Assembly (NCBI GenBank): GCA_012735435.1
Contig: JAAYHH010000011.1
Coordinates: forward strand, 14,141-78,140
Direction of reading: 5' to 3'
DNA from: Bacillota bacterium
GTDB taxonomy: Bacteria; Bacillota; Limnochordia; DTU087
Length of the DNA stretch: 64,000 bases
Shown here: one piece after another, positions 1 to 8,185 of the stretch
Layout: every line of letters starts with the position of its first letter
Numbering within the stretch: position 1 is the first letter of the stretch
The notes under the pieces: generated by a model
What the model was told of the DNA's origin: nothing
The model's input: the letters and a program-made list of their open reading frames with translations, nothing else
Database searches by the model: none
Position numbers and translations under genes: made by a program

Positions 1-202
1 CCATGCTTGAAGTGAGGAGTGCTTTTACAGCAACGCCTCCTGTGGGTCCGGTAAGTGGTGGTGTGTCAGGAGAGGAGATCTTTTGCCCAAGCCCTCCGAA
101 GCAGCCGCTAAACAGGGTGCTGACAGCAACAATCACAAGGATAGCAGGGGTGATCTTCCGGTGAGAGAACCTGTCCTTTGGCCTACATTGTGCTAGTGAC
201 AC
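1..202 (-). CDS. putative lipoprotein, N-terminal part only (gene runs off the left edge)
   Basis: Absent from the ORF track because there is no stop in the window. The minus frame from GTG at 202 reads MSLAQCRPKDRFSHRKITPAILVIVAVSTLFSGCFGGLGQKISSPDTPP. It has a basic n-region, a hydrophobic core and the lipobox LFSGC. AGGAGG at 212-217 lies 9 nt upstream of the GTG. Confidence 0.6.
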   Translation of the reverse strand, partial: MSLAQCRPKDRFSHRKITPAILVIVAVSTLFSGCFGGLGQKISSPDTPPLTGPTGGVAVKALLTSSM

Positions 203-243
203 AAAAAATCGCCTCCTTGTCCCATCAGGGCAAGGCGGCGATT
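203..243 (-). terminator. terminator-like GC-rich hairpin plus U6 inside the 5' leader of the lipoprotein gene, containing its Shine-Dalgarno
   Basis: Minus sense reads AAUCGCCGCCUUGCCC-UGAU-GGGACAAGGAGGCGAUU (about 16 bp, one mismatch, one bulge). It is followed by UUUUUU (208-203), which directly abuts GTG 202. Confidence 0.6.
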
Positions 244-277
244 AATACAGCGGCAAACTTCCTGTGCCTTCGCCTTC

Positions 278-306
278 AGTATAGAAGGCGGTGTCAGGGC
301 TGTCAA
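278..306 (-). promoter_or_regulatory. sigma-A type promoter for the lipoprotein gene
   Basis: Minus strand TTGACA (306-301), 17 nt spacer, TATACT (283-278). It begins 11 nt after the recombinase stop codon. Confidence 0.65.
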
Positions 307-316
307 GTACTGCCAA

Positions 317-1351
317 TCACTCCGGACCAATGGCGGCAAAGGGGTTCTTATCCAGGGAGGCTATGAGCTTCTCCTTATCTACATGGGTATAGATAGTCGT
401 TGTTGAAATGTGCTCATGGCCAAGAAGCCGCATCAACGTCCGCAAATCCTCGCCATTGAGATAAAGGGCAGTGGCAAAGGTATGGCGCAGCTTGTGAGGT
501 GTTAGCATCAATTTCTTACTCTCCGGCAGGTCGGTGAGCCGCACGTAATCCTTTAGCTTCTGCTGAATAGCTCTAGGTGTAATCCTGGTGTACTTATTCC
601 CGAGAAAAAGCGCCATCCGGTGCCGGCCTTTAGCTTTGTGGCCGGGACGCACCTTCTTGTATTCTGCCACTGCTTCCCGCACTGCGGGAGGCACTGGGAC
701 AGGACGGTTTCTACCGCCTTTCCCGCCGGTAACCCTGTAAAACTCAGTATCCGGTCCTATGTCATCGACATTCATCTGCACGACTTCTCCAATCCGCAGG
801 CCCATACTCAGCATAATCAGAAAAATGGCATAGTCCCGCTGGCACCCGTGCTGCCGGACGGTATTTAGAAAGGTAAGGGCCTCCTGAGCAGTTAAGTGCA
901 TGGGGGCTTCATTGCGGTGAATGGTCTTGGTCTGCAGATCTCGGATTAAAGAGGGGTCTGACAAAAGCTGATGGTCAAAGAGGTAGCTGAAAAACCGCCT
1001 CACGGCCACAATCTTGCGGTTGAGAGTGGTTTGGGTATACCCCAAGGTTTCTTTGAGGAATAGGAAATATCCGACCAGATCATCGGCTGTGACAGCCTCA
1101 AGATCCACGGTAAAACTGTCCAGCAGCCGACTGGCCTCAGGTCCCAGTCTGTTATCGTTGGCTGCAAGGGCAGTTTCCAGCCTGTGATATGCTGTCTTGT
1201 CCTGGGGCGGAGTTACACAGTCGCATCGGCCCAGAACAAGATGCAGTTTAAGAAGGCGCAGGTCCGATCGGTAAGCTTTGGCCGTGTTGAGGCTCCGGTT
1301 GATGCCCAACGCGGCGATAAATCGTTCAACTTGAAGGTCAAAGTCTAACAC
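317..1351 (-). CDS. tyrosine recombinase / integrase, XerC/XerD family
   Basis: Catalytic-domain motifs are GLRIGEV, HKLRHTFATALY and LLGHEHISTTTIYTHV (R...HxxR...Y). The N-terminal core-binding region has LNTAKAYRSDL, with a roughly 45-aa insertion after it. I moved the start to GTG 1351, preceded by GGAGGT plus 7 nt. The longest ORF starts at 1453. Confidence 0.85.
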   Translation of the reverse strand: MLDFDLQVERFIAALGINRSLNTAKAYRSDLRLLKLHLVLGRCDCVTPPQDKTAYHRLETALAANDNRLGPEASRLLDSFTVDLEAVTADDLVGYFLFLKETLGYTQTTLNRKIVAVRRFFSYLFDHQLLSDPSLIRDLQTKTIHRNEAPMHLTAQEALTFLNTVRQHGCQRDYAIFLIMLSMGLRIGEVVQMNVDDIGPDTEFYRVTGGKGGRNRPVPVPPAVREAVAEYKKVRPGHKAKGRHRMALFLGNKYTRITPRAIQQKLKDYVRLTDLPESKKLMLTPHKLRHTFATALYLNGEDLRTLMRLLGHEHISTTTIYTHVDKEKLIASLDKNPFAAIGPE

Positions 1352-1553
1352 TGAGAATACCTCCGGTATATCCTTATGTAGTGTTGATTCGCTGCAGCCT
1401 AGGGCGCTTCCTTGGTTTTGACTGATCTTGCTGGAGGGACCCGCAAGAGACAATCAGGGAAGAGCCTTATGTGAAAAGCTTGTAAGACCTTATGATGGTG
1501 TTTATCAGCAGAGCGACAGGACAGTTGGATAGTTATCAATGCCACCAGGATGC

Positions 1554-1955
1554 TTAGGTGTCAGCAGGGCACTGGCGCCTGTAAAGATGCTGATCAAGGC
1601 TGAGGCACAAGATTTTTCTTCTAGATAAATGGCAAACTTCCCTGCATTGCGCAGAAGATATATTATGCGAAGTGGCGAATGTGGTTATTCTGGGTAGTCT
1701 ATTGCCTCCGGCTATGCCTCTAGGTCTTGTCTCATGTCTTGCTAAGCGACCTATCAACTCTTTCCCTCGCATTGCTGTCAATAAGTAATCGTTAGTTTCT
1801 TCCTTTTGAAGTTTCGAATGTATTTGGATGCTAAACGTGAAGCCATGGGTTTTAAAGCGGCTGTAATCCTGTGGTCCAACGGCTTCAATGGAAAGTGTAA
1901 TATCAAATGCCCAGCGTGCCACAGAACCATCAGCTTCATTGGATGGATCGCGCAC
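1554..1955 (-). CDS. hypothetical ORF, possibly a degraded gene remnant
   Basis: Longest ORF in a visibly AT-richer stretch. The first ~75 codons look protein-like (DGSVARWAFDITLSIEAVGPQDYSRFKTHGFTFSIQ). The remainder is Arg/Cys-rich and looks non-coding. There is no convincing SD, and it overlaps the other-frame ORF 1778-1993. Confidence 0.25.
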   Translation of the reverse strand: MRDPSNEADGSVARWAFDITLSIEAVGPQDYSRFKTHGFTFSIQIHSKLQKEETNDYLLTAMRGKELIGRLARHETRPRGIAGGNRLPRITTFATSHNISSAQCREVCHLSRRKILCLSLDQHLYRRQCPADT

Positions 1956-1992
1956 GGATTATAGCCCAGACACTCACACATGTGTTTCATCA

Positions 1993-2364
1993 TCAGTTGC
2001 GACAGACTGCCATCGACGGAATCATCAGTATCTGTCCCGGCTGTAGATTCACTGACTCCAACTGGTTCAGCTTCCTAATCTCATAAACGGTCTTACGGGG
2101 ATCAGTCCCGGGTTTTGTTCTGCGGGCAATGTCCCAGAGTGTATCTCCTTGACGGACTACCACCGTTTTGTAGCTGGGTTCAGGCATGCTGTTGGATACT
2201 ATCCCAGCACTGACATGGAGCCCAATGAGCACAGCTGCCAGCACTACCAGAAACATACCAAAGAGTTTTGCCCGTAGAGATATGCCGGTACGCCTCTTAA
2301 GAGCCGTTTGGACGTACTTCCCGTGAGATCTAGTATTCATGCCGCCAAACCTTGGTTTTATCAT
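1993..2364 (-). CDS. yneA: LysM-domain membrane protein, YneA-like SOS cell-division inhibitor
   Basis: TM segment LFGMFLVVLAAVLIGL followed by a C-terminal LysM (YKTVVVRQGDTLWDIARR...IRKLNQLESVNLQPGQILMIP). It is divergent from lexA across the LexA boxes, as for Bacillus yneA. Start is ATG 2364 after GGAGGTG. Confidence 0.65.
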   Translation of the reverse strand: MIKPRFGGMNTRSHGKYVQTALKRRTGISLRAKLFGMFLVVLAAVLIGLHVSAGIVSNSMPEPSYKTVVVRQGDTLWDIARRTKPGTDPRKTVYEIRKLNQLESVNLQPGQILMIPSMAVCRN

Positions 2365-2410
2365 ATCAGCCACCTCCGGAACAGATGTCCTCTAGAACGG
2401 ATGTCCGTGA

Positions 2411-2424
2411 CGAACATATGTGCT
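2411..2424. promoter_or_regulatory. LexA (Cheo) box 1
   Basis: CGAACATATGTGCT matches the Firmicute consensus CGAACRNRYGTTYC at 12 of 14 positions. It lies just downstream of the candidate yneA -10. Confidence 0.55.
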
Positions 2425-2439
2425 ATCTATAGAGTAACA

Positions 2440-2453
2440 CGAACAACTGTTTC
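2440..2453. promoter_or_regulatory. LexA (Cheo) box 2
   Basis: CGAACAACTGTTTC matches the consensus at 13 of 14 positions. It lies in the spacer of a minus-strand TTGACC-17-TACTCT candidate yneA promoter. Confidence 0.7.
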
Positions 2454-2479
2454 GGTCAAGACAAAAAATGGTATAAAGA

Positions 2480-2493
2480 CGAACGGGCGTTTG
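2480..2493. promoter_or_regulatory. LexA (Cheo) box 3
   Basis: CGAACGGGCGTTTG matches the consensus at 13 of 14 positions. It overlaps the -35 of the lexA promoter. Confidence 0.7.
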
Positions 2494-2520
2494 CAAAGCC
2501 GTTAATCCCTGTGTTATAAT
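2491..2520 (+). promoter_or_regulatory. lexA promoter
   Basis: TTGCAA (2491-2496), 18 nt spacer, TATAAT (2515-2520). Confidence 0.65.
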
Positions 2521-2579
2521 GGAAAAGACTAACGCTGGAACGGATTTTTCAGGTAACTGCCTTGGGAGGGGGCCAGCTC

Positions 2580-3200
2580 ATGCGAGAGCTCACGGAGCGA
2601 CAGAGGGAAGTGCTGGAATTTATCAAGGAACGGGTTCGGGAAAAGGGATATCCCCCATCTGTTCGGGAAATAGGCGAGGCTGTGGGGCTGCGGAGCAGTT
2701 CTACGGTGCATGGACATCTTCGGCGCTTGGAAAGTAAAGGATATATTCGACGGGATCCCACTAAACCCCGGGCAATAGAGATTATCCATGATGATGAGCC
2801 CGCAGAGAGTCCCATGATAAAGGACCTAGTGTCTGTTCCACTTGTAGGAAGTGTTACAGCCGGGCAGCCCATCCTGGCCGTGGAGAACATAGAAGATTAC
2901 GTCCCTCTTCCCAGGGACTTTGCGTCAGATGAGGCTACCTTTATGCTGCGGATCAAGGGAGACAGCATGATCGATGCAGGAATCCTCGATGGCGACTATG
3001 TCGTGGTGCGGCAGCAGCCGGATGCCACCAACGGAGACATCGTAGTGGCACTCTTACAAGATGAAGCCACAGTGAAGCGCTTCTATCGAGAAGCCGATCA
3101 CGTACGGCTGCAGCCTGAGAATCCCCTCTATGATCCCATCATCACTACCGATGTGCAGATCTTGGGGAAAGTCATCGGAGTCCTGCGGAGGCTCCACTGA
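2580..3200 (+). CDS. lexA: LexA repressor
   Basis: Winged-helix N-terminus [34 protein letters not shown]. The S24 autopeptidase core has the GDSM Ser and the VKRF Lys. Start is ATG 2580 after GGGAGGGGG; the track ORF starts at TTG 2562. Confidence 0.95.
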   Translation: MRELTERQREVLEFIKERVREKGYPPSVREIGEAVGLRSSSTVHGHLRRLESKGYIRRDPTKPRAIEIIHDDEPAESPMIKDLVSVPLVGSVTAGQPILAVENIEDYVPLPRDFASDEATFMLRIKGDSMIDAGILDGDYVVVRQQPDATNGDIVVALLQDEATVKRFYREADHVRLQPENPLYDPIITTDVQILGKVIGVLRRLH

Positions 3201-3304
3201 AAACTTAGAATGCTCTCGGCACGGAAGCAAGGGGACCAAATCGGATAGTTTCCAGGTTCTCGCCGGCCCCCTGCTTCCCCGGTCGAGCGGTTTATGATAT
3301 AAAC

Positions 3305-3646
3305 CTATGAGGCCGAGTTCTCGTATTCTTCCTTAGTAATGAAAGTGCCGGATTCCAGCTGCTTGTTGACCACCCTATATGCTCCGTCGAATTCTAGGCG
3401 CAGCTGCATTCTGTTGAAACACCTATTGCCTACTATCGTCTTATTGATGAACATTTGGTATCCTTGGCTGCCTGCTTCCTCTCGCTGGATTTCCGATGAT
3501 TTGCGCAGGCGCAAAGCTAGCTTTTCCCCGCATTTGCTGCACTGAACGTAGACCCATACCGCATCCCTGGTAACCTCTACTCCCGGCTGCCTCGGGGCCT
3601 GACCCGCAGATGTCAATTTGTTCACCAGTTTCGCCAGTAAGCTCAA
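3305..3646 (-). CDS. hypothetical protein with CxxC motif
   Basis: ORF with start re-chosen to TTG 3646 (GGAGG plus 7 nt), 2 nt after the upstream stop. Contains VQCSKCGEK and NRC. I recognise no family. Confidence 0.5.
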   Translation of the reverse strand: MSLLAKLVNKLTSAGQAPRQPGVEVTRDAVWVYVQCSKCGEKLALRLRKSSEIQREEAGSQGYQMFINKTIVGNRCFNRMQLRLEFDGAYRVVNKQLESGTFITKEEYENSAS

Positions 3647-3648
3647 TC

Positions 3649-4044
3649 TTAAACCTCCATAGCCTTTTCTGCTTGCCATTCCTCAGACTCACTTGCCAAA
3701 GCACCCGATGTCCTCAGGACCTGCATCTGCTCCGAAGTCATTCCCAGCAGTGTGAAGAACATCTCCAGTGCCTGTTCTGTGCCCCGGAGCTGGGGATCAG
3801 CATTGTCCTGGGTACCAAAAAGAGGTAGTTTGGCATACTCCGCTGCCGCGGTCTTAAACGCCAAATCTACCCCTCTTGCTTCTACTAGCTCCATCAACTC
3901 AGTGTATTTCTGCCGTCGGCTTTCAGCTTGCACTTTCCAGAAATCGGGGTTGGATGTCAAGCTGCTGGCCAGAAGATCTTGCTTGGCTAGGCGCTTGAAC
4001 TTCTTCAACCCCCTGAGTACATCATCTTTGGCTACTTGTATCAT
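3649..4044 (-). CDS. hypothetical helical protein
   Basis: ORF with start re-chosen to ATG 4044 after GAGGGGGGA. The composition predicts mostly alpha-helix. I recognise no family. Confidence 0.5.
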   Translation of the reverse strand: MIQVAKDDVLRGLKKFKRLAKQDLLASSLTSNPDFWKVQAESRRQKYTELMELVEARGVDLAFKTAAAEYAKLPLFGTQDNADPQLRGTEQALEMFFTLLGMTSEQMQVLRTSGALASESEEWQAEKAMEV

Positions 4045-4323
4045 TACGCATCCCCCCTCAATTGCCATCGCTTACTTATTACTTCTACCCGATATTAACA
4101 AATCCTTTCAAGGTAAAGAGCGAATCCCAGCTTACTGGAGACTTTAGACAGCTCTGGGCGATGGTAACTTGCATATTCACGTGGTATAACCTATGCTGCA
4201 ACTGCGGGGAAAAGTAACCTAACATTAGCATTGGTTTGGTTTGCGGGTAATATGTACCCAGAAATCTTTCTTGGAAAACCCTATTTTTTTATAGACGGGC
4301 TGCGGTGCGGATCAGCGGCTGGT

Positions 4324-4986
4324 CTAGAAGGCACCGTGACGCTTAAGCTCACGGACTGCTTGAGGAGCTTGAAGATAGTGATAGATGGCCATGAAGTACT
4401 GCTGCTTTTCTTTATATGCAGCACTTAGGAGCAAATGGGTATACTGGTTTTCCCGGTCCAGTTCCAGTGCGTACTCTAGATGATATAGAGCACGATCAAT
4501 ATCTCCTCCCTGGGCATAGGTGAAGGCACAGAAATTCCGGGTCCAGACGTTGTTTGGGTCTAAACTAATGATCCGTTCAAAATAGCCGGTTGCTTGCTCT
4601 AGATCGCCAAAGGCGTAGCTGCCGAAGGCGGCACAATTGAGAAGCAGCACATCATCTGGAGAGTGACGCAGCTGATTTAGTTTATCCAAGACGAAGCTGG
4701 CGATTTCCTGCCGATATTCCTTATCGCCAGCAATGGACAATTCTTCCATTGCTTGTGCAAGCAACCCCATATTGGCGTAGGCGATTCCCCTTAGCAAACG
4801 GCTCTCTACTGTGTCGCTCTCCTTCTGGTCTTCAATAACTCGGGCCCAGTCTACAACCTGATTCTGAGGCTTGTCCTCGGCATAGACATAATCAGGCAGG
4901 ATGATCCCGGCTGCGGCAAAACAGCAAATAAGGACCATCAAAGATATATTTGCAATTAGCTGCTGCCAGAGATTATGATTTTTCAT
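4324..4986 (-). CDS. membrane-anchored TPR-repeat protein
   Basis: N-terminal TM ISLMVLICCFAAAGIIL followed by TPR-like repeats (GIAYANMGLLAQAMEEL; FGDLEQATGYFERIISLDPNN; GGDIDRALYHLEYALELD). Confidence 0.7.
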   Translation of the reverse strand: MKNHNLWQQLIANISLMVLICCFAAAGIILPDYVYAEDKPQNQVVDWARVIEDQKESDTVESRLLRGIAYANMGLLAQAMEELSIAGDKEYRQEIASFVLDKLNQLRHSPDDVLLLNCAAFGSYAFGDLEQATGYFERIISLDPNNVWTRNFCAFTYAQGGDIDRALYHLEYALELDRENQYTHLLLSAAYKEKQQYFMAIYHYLQAPQAVRELKRHGAF

Positions 4987-4999
4987 AACCCCACTCTCC

Positions 5000-5248
5000 C
5001 TATCCGCCAAATAACAAATCCACTCCCAAGAATGCTGTCTGCAGCACTACTGAGGCCTGAAATATCCAAATCGCCAACCTGATTAGCACTGCCAGCAGTC
5101 TCAAGCAGCGGTTCTGGTGAACTTCCTCGGACACACTAGATCCCAAAAGGCTCTCCCATGCCCAGACATATACACCAATGCCCAAGAAAACCAAAACCCC
5201 GCTTGCCAGCGCTGTGGACAGCATAACTGTACTTAGATGCATGATCAT
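5000..5248 (-). CDS. small integral membrane protein
   Basis: An 80-aa ORF with 2-3 hydrophobic spans, immediately upstream of the TPR gene. GGGGG lies before its start region. Confidence 0.45.
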   Translation of the reverse strand: MIMHLSTVMLSTALASGVLVFLGIGVYVWAWESLLGSSVSEEVHQNRCLRLLAVLIRLAIWIFQASVVLQTAFLGVDLLFGG

Positions 5249-5295
5249 CCCCCTGGCAGCATATGCGGCTGCCGCACTAGGGGTACTGCCTCAAC

Positions 5296-6063
5296 CTAAT
5301 CCAGATTCCAACTGGCCAATTCCTTCATAAACTCCTCATGGGTCAGCTGGAAGCGGACCGGTGTGATGGAAATCCAACCATCCTTCACTGCCCTGGTGTC
5401 TGAATCGGGGCCTTCATCCATATCAACGGCTTCCCCCGTCAGCCAGTAATACGGCCGTCCCCAAGGGTCCTCCCGCTTTTCTACAAAGTCGCGGTATCTA
5501 CGGATCCCCACCCGGGTGATCTTAATTCCTTTCATCTCCTCTGCCGGCAGTCGAGGCAGATTTATATTCAATAAAGTGTCTTCCGGCAGGCCGTTTTTCA
5601 TAATAGCCCTGGCAGCTCCAGCGGCTAGCTGCGCTGCTTTATCCAATCCCAGCCACTCTTCAGAGTGATCAGATATGGATACTGCTATGGCGGGAATTCC
5701 CATGATTAACCCTTCCACTGCCGCCGATACTGTGCCGGAATACAGGACATCAGTGCCTAGGTTGGGCCCAGCATTTACTCCCGAAACCACTAACTGGGGC
5801 CGGTGTTCCAGCAGCACCTCTACCCCCAGTTTTACACAATCGGCTGGAGTACCATCCAGCTGGAAAGCCTGGACGGCACCGGGGATGCCGCTGATTTCAA
5901 CGGCCCGCAATGGTCGATGCATTGTTACAGCATGTCCCGTTCCGCTTCGCTCCTGATCCGGCGCCACTACACTTACAGTTCCCACTTCACTTAGGGCCCT
6001 GACCAATTCCCGCAGTCCCCTTGATCTAATTCCATCATCATTGGTCACGAGAATGTTCACCAT
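5296..6063 (-). CDS. surE: 5'/3'-nucleotidase SurE
   Basis: MVNILVTNDDGI N-terminus and GVNAGPNLG motif. Start is ATG 6063 after AGGAGG. Confidence 0.9.
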   Translation of the reverse strand: MVNILVTNDDGIRSRGLRELVRALSEVGTVSVVAPDQERSGTGHAVTMHRPLRAVEISGIPGAVQAFQLDGTPADCVKLGVEVLLEHRPQLVVSGVNAGPNLGTDVLYSGTVSAAVEGLIMGIPAIAVSISDHSEEWLGLDKAAQLAAGAARAIMKNGLPEDTLLNINLPRLPAEEMKGIKITRVGIRRYRDFVEKREDPWGRPYYWLTGEAVDMDEGPDSDTRAVKDGWISITPVRFQLTHEEFMKELASWNLD

Positions 6064-6074
6064 CCGGCCTCCTA

Positions 6075-6728
6075 CTACTGCCAAGTAATTTCTTTTACTT
6101 CTGGTAGAGCAGATAACTCCTGCATCAGCACCTCTAGACGAAGGTTATGGGGAGTTTCCACTTTCATTTCTACGTAGCATTCCCCATCATCGGTTGTATC
6201 TACTTTCATAGTGCGGATGTTAACCCTCTTTTGTCCCAAGAGCGTAGCTATGGCAGCCAGCTGGCCAGGTCGATCGGCAATATGCATCCGTAGAGAACGT
6301 TCCTCATGTGGGAGCAGGTACCTTTCCAGCCTGTTGACCAAGGTCAAGACTGCAAGAATGGTGGTTACAACGGCGCCTAGGTAAAATCCAGCACCAAGAG
6401 CCAGACCGATGCCAGCCACAACCCAAAGGCTGGCTGCCGTGGTAAGCCCCTTGATGCTCGTACCTTCCCTTAGAATGGTACCGGCACCAAGAAAACCGAT
6501 GCCGCTTACCACCTGGGCTGCGAGCCTGGCAGGATCCCGGGTTGTACCTATCCCAGACATCTCGAAGCCGTAGATGGAAATCAGCATAATTAAGGTTGAA
6601 CCTAGGCAAACAAGAATTTGAGTGCGAAATCCAGCGGCCCTGCCGTGGATTTCCCGCTCAAGGCCAATTAAGCCTCCGGCAGCAACGGCTAGAACCAGCC
6701 GTAGAATAATCTCCAATTGAGTCAGCAC
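6075..6728 (-). CDS. MgtC/SapB family membrane protein with C-terminal regulatory domain
   Basis: N-terminal LIGLEREIHGRAAGFRTQILVCLGS is typical of MgtC. It has four or five TM spans and a soluble ACT-like tail. Confidence 0.8.
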   Translation of the reverse strand: MLTQLEIILRLVLAVAAGGLIGLEREIHGRAAGFRTQILVCLGSTLIMLISIYGFEMSGIGTTRDPARLAAQVVSGIGFLGAGTILREGTSIKGLTTAASLWVVAGIGLALGAGFYLGAVVTTILAVLTLVNRLERYLLPHEERSLRMHIADRPGQLAAIATLLGQKRVNIRTMKVDTTDDGECYVEMKVETPHNLRLEVLMQELSALPEVKEITWQ

Positions 6729-6802
6729 CTAACTGTACCTCCCCCCGTTTTCAGCTCCCCAAAGGTACTCAAACCTCAGCCGGGATGAAGGAATTAGGTT
6801 TC

Positions 6803-7165
6803 TCAGCTTAGTTTGGTGTGGCAATTGGGACAAAATTCGTTCTCAGCATCTACCGCAGCGAAGCAGCGGTAGCAATCCCGCTTTAACGCACCTTTACAGT
6901 GGGGGCAAAAGGCAAGCCAGTCGAGGGCTTTCTTTTTGCAGTAGGGGCAAATGCGCATGGCACCTTTGGGGCGAACTAGAAGATATATGATTAAGACGAT
7001 AGCTGCACCAATGGGGCCTAACGGTCCGAGAAAAAAAAGGCCAACAAGCAGTGCGGTGGCGGCCCACAGGATGGGGTTGGCATCTCGTCCTTTAGCATCA
7101 CTGTAAGTCCAATAAGCAACTGGGCCTGCAAAGACCAGATTGATGGCCAGAGCTGTCCAATTCAT
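6803..7165 (-). CDS. membrane protein with double zinc-ribbon tail
   Basis: Two TM spans followed by CPYC...CPHC...CYRC...CPNC. Confidence 0.6.
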   Translation of the reverse strand: MNWTALAINLVFAGPVAYWTYSDAKGRDANPILWAATALLVGLFFLGPLGPIGAAIVLIIYLLVRPKGAMRICPYCKKKALDWLAFCPHCKGALKRDCYRCFAAVDAENEFCPNCHTKLS

Positions 7166-7329
7166 GAATGCGGCGCTGTTTTCCAGAGCAATCCTTTAGA
7201 CGCGCCTTCTCCCCTTTCTTTGTAGACATTGGGCCTCCATCCAAAAACGAAGGAAGTCCATATTGCCAGTATTTCGTCAGACAGCCCAAAACCCCTGCCC
7301 TTGAAAGCACATGGTTTTTGCCAGTCCTG

Positions 7330-7980
7330 CTATAGCTGTCTTCCGATCTTAGCCTTAATCCGGCAAAGGGCATTATCAATAGACTTGGTATGGGTACCCA
7401 GCTCTTCGGCCATCTCTTTGTAAGATAACCCGTTGATGTAAAGCTTGAAAACTCTGTACTCAAAATCACTGAGGACTTCTTTTATGTAGCGCTGAGTATG
7501 CTGAAGCCTTTCCCGATCGATAACCAGCGCTTCTGGATCATCTACCCTGTTGTTGGAGAGCACCTCCATCAGGGTTCGGTCTCCCTCGGCATCATAAATG
7601 GGTTTGTGTAAAGATGTGTACGAGTTAAGGGGGATATGCTTCTGCCTGGTAGTGCCCTTGATGGCACTGATAATATTGCGGGTGATGCACAGCTTGGCGA
7701 AGGACCAGAAAGATGAGGAACCTGGAGTAAAATCACGGATTGCCTTGTACAGCCCGATCATCCCTTCTTGCAAGAGATCATCATCCTCAGCTCCCTGCAA
7801 GAAGTAGGGTCGGGTCCATATGTAGACTAACTTCTGATACTTGTACAACAAGTAATCAACTGCATCTTGACGACCAGCCTGGGCTTGCTTCACGATGTCT
7901 TCATCAGGCAAATCCCGGAAGGCCTTGAACCCATCGAAATGATAGTTGAGCGGCAATGCACTACCCATGGACATGACCAC
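7330..7980 (-). CDS. sigH: RNA polymerase sigma-H (Spo0H)
   Basis: A long colinear match to Bacillus SigH as I recall it: QEGMIGLYKAIRDF...FAKLCITRNIISAIKGTTRQKHIPLNSYTSLHKPIYDAEGDRTLMEVL...KSIDNALCRIKAK. Confidence 0.85.
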   Translation of the reverse strand: MVMSMGSALPLNYHFDGFKAFRDLPDEDIVKQAQAGRQDAVDYLLYKYQKLVYIWTRPYFLQGAEDDDLLQEGMIGLYKAIRDFTPGSSSFWSFAKLCITRNIISAIKGTTRQKHIPLNSYTSLHKPIYDAEGDRTLMEVLSNNRVDDPEALVIDRERLQHTQRYIKEVLSDFEYRVFKLYINGLSYKEMAEELGTHTKSIDNALCRIKAKIGRQL

Positions 7981-8185
7981 TCCTTTGGCTCAAGAAAAAG
8001 AATGCTATGTTATCAATATCTACCAAATTGTACAATTCAACACAAGTACGGCAAATCCTTCAATCCAGCCGGAAAACGAAATATGCCCTTCCCGTCTCGT
8101 TCATCAGAACGCAGAACGGTAAGGGCATGTCACGGACAACTACTCTCTTTGGAGTAACACATATAACTCCAGCTTCGCCTCCTTT

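Noticed and set aside
317-1351. Recombinase as a marker of a prophage or integrative element
   Set aside because: I could see no phage, conjugation or cargo genes, no tRNA target and no flanking direct repeats in the window. Its neighbours are an SOS gene and a lipoprotein gene with its own promoter.
1778-1993. 71-aa minus-strand ORF starting right after the yneA-like stop
   Set aside because: Its composition is His/Cys/Met-rich and unlike the rest of the proteome. It overlaps the other doubtful ORF in a different frame and has no SD. I kept only the regional observation in the findings.
3201-3304. Long imperfect hairpin GGAAGCAAGGGG...CCCCCTGCTTCC between the convergent lexA and 3305-3646 genes
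   Set aside because: It has a 32-nt loop and no U/A tracts on either side, so I cannot support a terminator call.
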